Positions 36,765-44,490 of a DNA stretch of 64,000 nt are shown here, piece after piece. The translations under genes were made by a program, and so were the position numbers. The stretch's first letter is position 1. Every line of letters starts with the position of its first letter. The DNA is from an uncultured Candidatus Micrarchaeota archaeon (lineage in GTDB: Archaea; Micrarchaeota; Micrarchaeia; Anstonellales; Bilamarchaeaceae), in assembly GCA_903835385.1 (NCBI GenBank), contig CAILMQ010000032.1:5976-69975 (forward strand), read 5' to 3'. Under the pieces are notes generated by a model that did no database searches, was not told the DNA's origin, and was given only the letters and a program-made list of their open reading frames with translations.

Positions 36765-38198
36765 ATGGCAAGGGAGCTGGACGAGAAGGGAATAAGGCTT
36801 TCGGTGGAAGCAGAGCAGCTTCTCAGGGATAGCGATGACCCGGAACTCGTCCAGAAAATAATCGCGCTCAACAAACCCCTGGTGGGCAAGGCGGACATGG
36901 AACTCCTGCTCAGCCCGAAAAAGGAGGAGCCGAAGGTGGAAGTGCGGGCCGCGGGCCCCGTTCCCCTCGCCAAGGAGTACGCGGCGGACATAAAGGTCAT
37001 CCACACGAAGGATGTCACCGGCAAGTCCAGGACAAGGGGGGAAGTGGAGAATTTCGTCAACTACTTCAGGAACCGCTACCAGCGGACCTCCCGCATGCTC
37101 CGCAGCATGGGCAAGGAGGCGCTCATGGACCTCAAGGACGCCAAGGGGCGCATCAACGAGCGGGTGCGCGTCCACGTCATGGTGAGCGCGAAACAGGAGA
37201 CCAAGAAGGGCAACCTGCTGCTGGAGATAGAAGACATGACCGGCTCCTTCAAGGCGGTGATATCCGGCCAGCGGGACGAGAAGCTCGCGGAAAAGGCGAA
37301 ATCAATACTTCTGGACGACATCATCGCCCTGTCCGGGAAGGTGCTGGAGCCGTACATGATAGTTGACGACGTGGAATGGCCGGACTTCCCGGTGACGCGC
37401 AAGGAGCTCAAGAGAAGCGAGAACGACCTCGCCGTGGCATACCTTTCGGACACGCACTTCGGCTCCAGGTATTTCCTGGAAAAGGAGTTCAGGGCGTTCG
37501 TGGACTGGATGCACGGCAGGGGCGAGGCGAAGGAGCTTGCGGCCAAGGTGAAATACATCGTGGTGGCAGGGGACCTGGTGGACGGCATTGGCATATATCC
37601 AAACCAGGAGAAGGAACTGGTGGTGAAGGACATCTACCAGCAGTATCGGATGTTCGATGATTTCGTGGAATCCCTGCCGGACTGGGTGGAGGTCATCGTG
37701 TGCCCTGGCAACCACGATGCCGTCAGGCGCGGGGAGCCCATGCCCGCCATAGGCAAGGACCTGCTCAAATCGGACATAACTTCGGTCGGAAACCCGTCCA
37801 CGGTGATCATCGAGGGGCTCAAGCACCTGATGTACCATGCCACGTCCATAGACTCCATGATATCCAACCTGCCCAACGCATCCTACATGCACCCGGAAAA
37901 GGTCATGGTGGAGTACCTAAAGCGCCGGAACCTTTCGCCCATATACGGGGGGAACCTCATCATACCGGAAAACATAGACTACATGGTGATTGACGACGAG
38001 CCGGACGTGCTTCACTGCGGCCACGTGCACAAGAACGGCTATACCCAGTACCGCGGCACGCTGCTGATAAACTCCGGCACTTTCCAGGACCGCACCGAGT
38101 ACCAGGTCAAGCAGGGACATGTGCCCACCCCGGCCATGGTGCCGGTGTATGAAATGAAGAGCAACAGGCTCAGGACCCTGGATTTCAGGAGCGGATAG
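36765..38198 (+). CDS. DNA polymerase II (PolD) small subunit DP1
   Basis: Calcineurin-like phosphoesterase motifs YLSDTHFGS, VVAGDLVDG, PGNHD and HCGHVH, after an OB-like region. Confidence 0.9.
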   Translation: MARELDEKGIRLSVEAEQLLRDSDDPELVQKIIALNKPLVGKADMELLLSPKKEEPKVEVRAAGPVPLAKEYAADIKVIHTKDVTGKSRTRGEVENFVNYFRNRYQRTSRMLRSMGKEALMDLKDAKGRINERVRVHVMVSAKQETKKGNLLLEIEDMTGSFKAVISGQRDEKLAEKAKSILLDDIIALSGKVLEPYMIVDDVEWPDFPVTRKELKRSENDLAVAYLSDTHFGSRYFLEKEFRAFVDWMHGRGEAKELAAKVKYIVVAGDLVDGIGIYPNQEKELVVKDIYQQYRMFDDFVESLPDWVEVIVCPGNHDAVRRGEPMPAIGKDLLKSDITSVGNPSTVIIEGLKHLMYHATSIDSMISNLPNASYMHPEKVMVEYLKRRNLSPIYGGNLIIPENIDYMVIDDEPDVLHCGHVHKNGYTQYRGTLLINSGTFQDRTEYQVKQGHVPTPAMVPVYEMKSNRLRTLDFRSG

Positions 38199-38216
38199 AG
38201 GGCGAGAAATAGCGTG

Positions 38217-38428
38217 ATGAATAATTGCCCGAGTCAAACCCACACTGCCGCCCTCATGTTCGTCGTAACGAACATGGGGCCCTTTGCCCGCTGTGCGGGC
38301 AAATGGGACGTGGCGCAGGTCAAAGTGGCATCCACGTCTCCATTGAAAACAGGAAGAACATGACGATTGGCCGCGCTAATGGGAGAACGTTCAGTCGTAA
38401 CAGCCGGTGCGAAAAGCATGATAGATTT
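38217..38428 (+). repeat. structured intergenic element, copy A (with a 57-nt double-hairpin insertion at 38251..38307)
   Basis: Shares ATGAATAATTG...CACACTGCCG...GACGTGGC.CA.GTCAAA.TGGCATCCACGTCTCC...GAAGAACA..GACGA...ATAGATTT with copy B. Confidence 0.6.
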
Positions 38429-38476
38429 ATAAACTTAAATCCGAATAACCTAATATTGTTAGCATAGGTGAATATT

Positions 38477-38734
38477 ATGGCCAAGTATCTGATTGCAAGG
38501 CAACTCTCAGGAAAGAAGGTTGTGACCAACGAAGGCGAGGATTTCGGAAGGCTTGTGGACCTGAACGTGAACGAGGTTTCGGGCAAGATTGAAACGCTCC
38601 TTGTGGAGCCCAACCCGGACAGCTCGGTGGCGACGAAGATGCCCAAGGAAGACGGAATGGTCAGGCTCCAGTACGAGTCGGTCCTCGCGGTCGGCGATTA
38701 CGTAATCGTCGAGAAGAGGAACATGACCTACTGA
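38477..38734 (+). CDS. PRC-barrel domain protein
   Basis: LSGKKVVTNEGEDFGRLVDLNVNEVSGKIETLLVEP...VGDYVIV. The ATG at 38477 lies 5 nt after GGTGA. Confidence 0.75.
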   Translation: MAKYLIARQLSGKKVVTNEGEDFGRLVDLNVNEVSGKIETLLVEPNPDSSVATKMPKEDGMVRLQYESVLAVGDYVIVEKRNMTY

Positions 38735-38963
38735 TTTTTTTTATGTTTTTCGAATCCGTCTCCCAGCACAAGGAATTTTCCGAAGAAGTCGCAGAACTGA
38801 ATAGGGCTATGGCTAGCCGAAGGCGACAGTAAAAGCATCCGCGAGATAACGATAACGAATAACTGCCATGTGCCCATATTTTTTCAATTAGAGAAACTTA
38901 ATTTGGTCTCGAGGAAAGATTATTATTGGGATAAGGTGCAAACAGAGCATAAGGTGAGGATTT

Positions 38964-39617
38964 GTGAATAGCTATCTGGCTGGCATCGATGAAGCTGGCA
39001 GAGTTTTGTGAAAACAAACTGCAAGCAGCGTCATCGGACCGCTGGTCGTGTGCTCCGCATTTTGCGACCGGAACAACGAAAAGGCGCTCAAGCGCCTGTG
39101 CAGCAAGGACAGCAAGCAGCTCAGCGCCAGGCAGAGGGAGGAGGCGTACTCCGAACTCAAAAAATTCTGCTCTTTCAGGTGGGTGGAAATAAGCGCCGCG
39201 GACCTCAACAGGCTCATGCCTGACATGAGCCTCAACGACATAGAGGCCAAGGCCATGGCAGACCTGTCAAAGCACATCAGGGAAGGCGACCTGATGATAG
39301 ACATGCCGGACCGCTATGCCTGGACATTCAGGAAGCGCATGGAGCGTTTCGGGGCCAACAGGTTCGAGGCCGAGCACAAGGCCGACGAGACCTACCCGAT
39401 AGTGGCGGCCGCCTCCATCTGCGCAAAGCTCACGCGGGACGCGAAAATAGAGCAGATACGGTCCCAGGTGGGCGATTTCGGCTCAGGCTATCCGTCAGAC
39501 CCGAAGACCAGGACCGCGCTCATGGACAAGCCCATGAGGGAGAAGCTGAAGCCTTTCGTAAGGGAGCGCTGGAAGACGCTGGAGAACCTGAAGCAGAGGA
39601 AACTGTTCGAGGAATAG
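38964..39617 (+). CDS. rnhB: ribonuclease HII, interrupted by a 21-nt BHB-type insertion carrying an in-frame TGA
   Basis: GTG 38964 (SD GGTGAGGA) gives MNSYLAGIDEAGR, then VL-stop (TGA 39009..39011). The same frame continues as ...SSVIGPLVVCSAF...DSKQL...HKADETYPIVAAASI.AK..RD...GSGYPSDP. Removing 39004..39024 gives GIDEAGRGSVIGPLVV. Confidence 0.8.
39004..39024 (+). other. candidate BHB intron within the rnhB coding sequence
   Basis: Outer helix 38987-38997/39026-39036 (10 bp, one A.G mismatch). 3' bulge AAG 39023-39025. Central 4-bp helix GCAG/CTGC (38998-39001/39019-39022). 5' bulge AGT 39002-39004. Inner helix TTTG/CAAA. Loop TGAAAA contains the TGA. Confidence 0.65.
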
Positions 39618-39642
39618 GCGCAAGGGCGCGGGCGGGAATGCA

Positions 39643-39918
39643 ATGGCCAAAGTACGCATAAGGAACGAAGGGGTGGAGTTCGAAGTCCCTGACAACGGCC
39701 AGCTCATGCCTTATGCAAAGGAGAAAAGCAACATGCTCTTCGGCTGCGGAAAGGGCGAGTGCGGGACCTGCATCTGTTCGGTCTCAAAGGGCTCTGAGAA
39801 CGTGAATCCCAAGACGCAGCGCGAGGAGCTCACGCTGGCGAAGATGGCCGCCTACCCGACCCAGCGGCTCGCCTGCCAGATTGTAATAAAAAAAGGCGAA
39901 GTGGAGATAGAGTACTAG
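39643..39918 (+). CDS. 2Fe-2S ferredoxin-like protein
   Basis: FGCGKGECGTCIC...LACQ is a plant-type [2Fe-2S] cysteine pattern. Confidence 0.7.
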   Translation: MAKVRIRNEGVEFEVPDNGQLMPYAKEKSNMLFGCGKGECGTCICSVSKGSENVNPKTQREELTLAKMAAYPTQRLACQIVIKKGEVEIEY

Positions 39919-39923
39919 CCGCA

Positions 39924-40652
39924 TCAGCCGCTCTGGTTGCTCTCCACCGTTATCGTGCCCTTCATCATCATGTATGTCAGTGAGAAATAGCCGAACGTGC
40001 CTTCCCTGTTCATCACCGTGACGGCCGATGCGCCGGACGCTATCACCTTCGTGTCGAAGTTGCCGGTGCTTGTCGCGGAGCGCGGGTATGCGCCGGTGTT
40101 CGTCCAGTTTATGCTGTCGCCGACTTTCACGGTAAGGTTGGCCGGGTTGTAGGAAAACGCCTGGATTTCAATGGTGTATGTCTCCGGAAGGTAAACCGGC
40201 GCCTGGTACTTCACCACATCGAACGTCACCGACCTCTTTATGGACGGCGAATAGGGCGTTCCGTCATTATTCACCAGCTCCACATCAACCGTGTGCGTGC
40301 CCAGGGGCACTGCCGAAAGGGTGTAGCTCTTGCTGTAGAAACTGGAATAGTCCAAGCCATCAATGCGCGCCCTGAAGTGGCCCTCGCCAGCATTGTTCTT
40401 CGTGCCGGAAGGCCTTACCTGCAGGTTCGAAGCCGACAGCGTGATGCTCACATCAACCGCGTCGTCGGTTGACGTTATGGAATCCCCCTGAACCGGTTCC
40501 ACGATTGTGAAGGATGGCTTTGGCGCCGGGGGCGGCTGCTGGGACGGCGTTACGTTGGTTTCGTTCTGCTGCGGCGTCCCCCCGCCGAGGCAACCCGACA
40601 GCAATACCGATACTGACAAGATGGCGAATAATACGAAAATCGTCCGGTTCAT
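39924..40652 (-). CDS. secreted cupredoxin-fold-like protein
   Basis: Signal/lipobox (LLSGC), a P/Q linker, and a C-terminal FSYNPANLTVKVGDSINWTNTG...GTFGYFSLTYMMMKGTITV resembling plastocyanin/amicyanin strands. Confidence 0.55.
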   Translation of the reverse strand: MNRTIFVLFAILSVSVLLSGCLGGGTPQQNETNVTPSQQPPPAPKPSFTIVEPVQGDSITSTDDAVDVSITLSASNLQVRPSGTKNNAGEGHFRARIDGLDYSSFYSKSYTLSAVPLGTHTVDVELVNNDGTPYSPSIKRSVTFDVVKYQAPVYLPETYTIEIQAFSYNPANLTVKVGDSINWTNTGAYPRSATSTGNFDTKVIASGASAVTVMNREGTFGYFSLTYMMMKGTITVESNQSG

Positions 40653-40716
40653 GTTCCCTCACCGCTCTTGCATATGCCTGGCACGGATTATAAAACTTCT
40701 TACGACGAATACTACC

Positions 40717-41379
40717 ATGGCGCGTGCGGTAGTGTTCGACTTCGACGGCGTGGTCGTGAAGAGCGAGCCGCTGCACTGCCGGACTTTCAGCGAGACGCTC
40801 GCCCCCCTGGGAATACGCATAGACCGGAGGCGCTGGTACAAGGAGTTCGCAGGCACCGGCTCGCACAGCATAATCGCCCGGCTGCTTGAGGAGAACGGAG
40901 TGAAGGCGGATATCGCTGCGCTCGTGAAATCGCGCAAGGAACGCTTCAGCGCCTGCGTGCGCCGGGGCGGGCTCAGGCCGACCAGGGGGCTTCGCAGGTT
41001 CCTGGCAATGATAAGAAAAAAGGGGATAATGACCGCCATAGCTTCGGGTGGGCACAGGGAGAACATCGAGCTCATATTGGGAAAACTCGGGCTGCTGGGG
41101 CAGTTCGATGCCATTGTCGGCTGCGAAGAGGCGAAGAACAGGAAGCCGCATCCGGAGATTTTCCTGAGAGCCGCGGAGCGGCTAGGGGTGCCTCCCGGCC
41201 AGTGCGTTGCCGTGGAGGACTCCATACCCGGCGCGGAATCGGCGAAAAGGGCGGGCATGGCGCTCGTGTGTTTCGATTCCCCGGCGAGCAAGTTTTTAAA
41301 TAACCCGTGCAGCAGAATGATAAACAGCTTCTCGGAGTTCCCGCTTGAGTTGCTGGATGGTTTCCATGATAAGGCTTGA
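40717..41379 (+). CDS. HAD-superfamily hydrolase (beta-phosphoglucomutase-like subfamily IA)
   Basis: VVFDFDGVVV (motif I), TASGG, K...PE.F and VEDS..G..SA..AGM (motif IV). Confidence 0.8.
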   Translation: MARAVVFDFDGVVVKSEPLHCRTFSETLAPLGIRIDRRRWYKEFAGTGSHSIIARLLEENGVKADIAALVKSRKERFSACVRRGGLRPTRGLRRFLAMIRKKGIMTAIASGGHRENIELILGKLGLLGQFDAIVGCEEAKNRKPHPEIFLRAAERLGVPPGQCVAVEDSIPGAESAKRAGMALVCFDSPASKFLNNPCSRMINSFSEFPLELLDGFHDKA

Positions 41380-42535
41380 GCTGGACCGGAAAAAGCGTTC
41401 CGTGAGCGTAAGGGAGCCGGCCGACGTCTCCTCTCTGCAGAACGGCTTCTACGGCCAGATGAAAAAGGGAGTGATAACGCTTTCGCCCGAGGAATCGCTT
41501 TACATAATGGACATACGGAACGGCAGGTGCTACGACGAAACCGGCAACGCCCTCACTTTCAACGGCCTCGCCTCGCTTTTCCTGAAGCAAAGAAAACTGC
41601 TGGCGCGCTATCTCACCTACAAGGACTGGAGGGACAAGGGGTTGATTGCGCGCGACGCAAGTGAGGCAACCGGCAATTACGGAAGGACGGCTATAAAGAA
41701 GTACACCGGCGGCAAGCTGGAACTGGATGCCTATTCGTTCGAGGGCGTGTTCTTCCCCGACGACCTGCTCACGGTGCTGGACGACGAGGTTGTCGGCAGG
41801 GAGCTATACGAGCGGCACTGGATAGGCCAGTTCGGGACCTACAAGGCCGCCCACAGGGGCAGGATAACCAAGCTCGACATCTACGAGACCGTGTTCCTGA
41901 TGAAGCACGGCGGGCTGCGGCTGGCGAACTCGGACCTCAAAAAGGTGGTTTCCGCGGCCTCCAAGCGCCTAAGGTTTTTCGCTGAGATGTACGAGGTCTA
42001 CGAGGACTGGATGAAGCGCGGCTACGTGGTGAAGAGCGGCTTCAAGTTCGGCACGCACTTCAGGATATATTTCCCCGGCGCCTCGCCCGTGCGGCTGGAG
42101 GCCGACTGGATGCACTCCAAGCACGTGCTCCATGTGTTCCCGCGCCGCGCGAAGATGATAATATCCGAATGGGCGCGCGCCATAAGGGTCGCGCACTCGG
42201 TGAAAAAAACGTTCATACTCGCTATTCCTGGCAAGGCCAGGGCGTCCAAAGCGAAGCGCCCTGTGCTGGACTTCCTCCTCTACCACCGCAAGGACGGCGG
42301 CATCGAGACGCCCAAGGACGGAAGCCCGAAATACCTCATGTACTCTCTTACCGAAGACGAGTACATAGGCGGCGAGGAGCTCGCCGGCGCGCTGGACGAG
42401 TGCAGGAAATTCGGCCTTGAGATGATAATGGCGATATCGGATAGGGAATCGTCGGTCACGCAGTACATGATAAGGCGCATCGCGCTTCCCGGAAGCGATT
42501 ACGAATACTTTGAAATTGAGTGGGTTCAGCCATGA
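41366..42535 (+). CDS. endA: tRNA-splicing endonuclease, long multi-unit form
   Basis: About 390 aa, roughly twice the size of a single EndA unit. Catalytic-unit signature GFKFGTHFRIYFPG...HSKHVLHV...HSVKKTFILA. An N-terminal EndA-like unit (YLTYKDWRDKGLIAR) and an extra C-terminal unit. Start ambiguous (41345, 41357 or 41366). Confidence 0.8.
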   Translation: MIRLELDRKKRSVSVREPADVSSLQNGFYGQMKKGVITLSPEESLYIMDIRNGRCYDETGNALTFNGLASLFLKQRKLLARYLTYKDWRDKGLIARDASEATGNYGRTAIKKYTGGKLELDAYSFEGVFFPDDLLTVLDDEVVGRELYERHWIGQFGTYKAAHRGRITKLDIYETVFLMKHGGLRLANSDLKKVVSAASKRLRFFAEMYEVYEDWMKRGYVVKSGFKFGTHFRIYFPGASPVRLEADWMHSKHVLHVFPRRAKMIISEWARAIRVAHSVKKTFILAIPGKARASKAKRPVLDFLLYHRKDGGIETPKDGSPKYLMYSLTEDEYIGGEELAGALDECRKFGLEMIMAISDRESSVTQYMIRRIALPGSDYEYFEIEWVQP

Positions 42536-42584
42536 ACCCACTGCTCTCGGAAATTGCGATTTCCTCGATAGAATGGGTCCAGCC

Positions 42585-43007
42585 ATGAACAAAAAGAGCG
42601 CGAAACCCGTAGCACAGGAAGACGCCATGGGCTGCGGAATCGCGTGCGTCGCTTTTGTATGCGGCACGAGTTACGGGCGAACCAGGAAGTATTTCGACAA
42701 ACCATGCAATGCCTGGAGCGCCGGTTACTGGTGCAAGGACATCGTGCACGCGTTCGCCAGAGTGGGAAAAATATACGCCTGGCGCCGCCTCAGGCGCAGA
42801 ACTGCGTATCCAGAAGGCTCAATTGTTTTCATAGCGCGCTCGAAGCGCTATCGTATGGGGCATTATCTCGCGAGGGTGGGGCGGGACTGGATGGATCCAT
42901 GGATGAACTTTCCTTCGATAAAAAATGTCCGCGCGGGTTTCCGCAGGCGCTTGCCGGGAAGGACGGTATACCTTATTTACCCGAAGAGCGCAAGCGCGCT
43001 GAAATAG
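42585..43007 (+). CDS. stand-alone peptidase C39-like (papain-fold cysteine peptidase) domain protein
   Basis: QEDAMGCGIACVAFV (Gln/Cys box) and a later GHYLARV (His), with spacing like C39/C39-like domains. Confidence 0.5.
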   Translation: MNKKSAKPVAQEDAMGCGIACVAFVCGTSYGRTRKYFDKPCNAWSAGYWCKDIVHAFARVGKIYAWRRLRRRTAYPEGSIVFIARSKRYRMGHYLARVGRDWMDPWMNFPSIKNVRAGFRRRLPGRTVYLIYPKSASALK

Positions 43008-43057
43008 AAATAGCGTTATAACCCTTGGTCTGCAATATACCAATTGAGGGGAGCATA

Positions 43058-43648
43058 ATGAAAAAACTATTTTTTCAATTGTTCGTGGTTTTCGGCCTTG
43101 CGGCCCTGTGCCACGCGGTGATTATCGAGTCCGGAGACGCGGGCGCGTCATTTGCAACGAACACGTCGCTGGCAAAATGCAGCGAGGCGAACGTGGCGGG
43201 CGTGTACCTGTGCACCGGCAACGTGGTCAAGGCGGTCTCGTCCCTGCCAGGCGCAGGCTCCACGTTCTACAAGCCGGACGGCAGGGTGATAAGCTGCCCG
43301 GTGGTCGCCCCGTCCCAGAGGAGCGGGGAATGCGTGCAGCTCGCCAGCCCCAACATCTGCGGCAATGAAAGCGTATGCAAGGCGCAGCAGGCCCCGCCGG
43401 CGAATGAAACCCAACAGCCTGCGCCGCCGCCTGTGGCGCCGCCTCCGAAGAAGAATGTGACCGCCCAACCAGCCCAGCCCCAGCCAACTGCTCCGGCAGG
43501 CAATTCAACGACCATAGTCACCCAGAAGAAAATAGAAGCTCCGGGCCAGTCGGACATGCTCGTGCTCGGGATACTGGTGGTGGGCATGCTCGGGCTCGCG
43601 GCCCTGCACTACATGTACAGGAAGACGAGGGGCCAGGAGCCGCTGTGA
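43058..43648 (+). CDS. secreted Cys-rich protein with Pro-rich stalk and C-terminal TM anchor
   Basis: Signal peptide MKKLFFQLFVVFGLAALCHA, a domain with several cysteines, a PPxxP linker and a terminal TM helix followed by basic residues. Confidence 0.6.
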   Translation: MKKLFFQLFVVFGLAALCHAVIIESGDAGASFATNTSLAKCSEANVAGVYLCTGNVVKAVSSLPGAGSTFYKPDGRVISCPVVAPSQRSGECVQLASPNICGNESVCKAQQAPPANETQQPAPPPVAPPPKKNVTAQPAQPQPTAPAGNSTTIVTQKKIEAPGQSDMLVLGILVVGMLGLAALHYMYRKTRGQEPL

Positions 43649-43660
43649 TTGCGCTTCTTT

Positions 43661-44386
43661 TCACTTTCTTTTCGCGATGCCCCACACGCTCCTGAAAAAT
43701 TCGCGGTATCTCTGTGCTATCTGCCTGGAATGCATAAGATAGCCGACTTCCCGCCCCGGTTCCCAGGAAAAGAAGGCTATTTTGTCGTTGCATATGCTCG
43801 TGTTCGTGGGGATGGGAAAGTCCGGATACCGTATGTCCAGATACTGCCTCCAAGCGAGCGATTTCCTCAGCTCCTTGGGTGCGAGCCCCCGCACGATTAG
43901 CCCCGCGTCATGCCTTTTGCGGTCGTATTTGGAGAAGAACCGCTGGATTTCCTCGTTCTGCTCCTGCGTCGTCGTAACGAAAAAGAGGAACTCGTCGCCT
44001 TTCTTCACGTCTTCTATCAGCAGGTTCATCAGCGTCTTGAGCCCGTTCATGCCCTCGAAAACTTCCGCCTCCTGCCGCTCCCCTGCGGCCCGCTGCATTT
44101 TCTCAAGTTCGGGCAGCACGGTTTCCAGTTTCGCCTTCTTCTCGTTCACGTAATCCAGCATGTGATGGGGCGAAGCCGCGCGGTAAATTTTCATCTTCCC
44201 CTTCTTTATGTAAGAAACCAGCCCCTTGTCAACCAGGGATTTGAGCGCGTTGTGCACTGCCGAACTCGCGATTCCCGCACGCCCGATTATTTGCCCCACC
44301 TTCGTGTTGCCCAGCTGCATCAGCGCCAGGTAGGTTTTTATTTCTCCGGGACTGAGCCCCAGGTCTTCCAGCACGGACGTATCCAT
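43661..44386 (-). CDS. TrmB-family transcriptional regulator
   Basis: LEDLGLSPGEIKTYLALMQLGNTKVGQIIGRAGIASSAVHNALKSLVDKGLV is a winged-helix TrmB N-domain. Confidence 0.8.
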   Translation of the reverse strand: MDTSVLEDLGLSPGEIKTYLALMQLGNTKVGQIIGRAGIASSAVHNALKSLVDKGLVSYIKKGKMKIYRAASPHHMLDYVNEKKAKLETVLPELEKMQRAAGERQEAEVFEGMNGLKTLMNLLIEDVKKGDEFLFFVTTTQEQNEEIQRFFSKYDRKRHDAGLIVRGLAPKELRKSLAWRQYLDIRYPDFPIPTNTSICNDKIAFFSWEPGREVGYLMHSRQIAQRYREFFRSVWGIAKRK

Positions 44387-44490
44387 GATTGCCCTTATGC
44401 GCCATGTTTTTTAATGCTTCCTGAAACTCTCCAAATTTGGAGAGCGATTATTTTTATATAAGCCACGATAGTTGTATTTAGGTGAGGCAT

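Noticed and set aside
39009-39011. In-frame TGA in rnhB as selenocysteine, a reassigned codon or programmed readthrough.
   Set aside because: TGA clearly terminates neighbouring well-conserved genes (for example the ITPase at 6534, pmbA at 14083 and S15 at 6072). I saw no SECIS-like element. The stop sits inside a 7-codon insertion absent from the family consensus, and that insertion forms a complete BHB motif. Excision explains the data better than recoding. A plain pseudogene or assembly error cannot be excluded without reads or RNA data.
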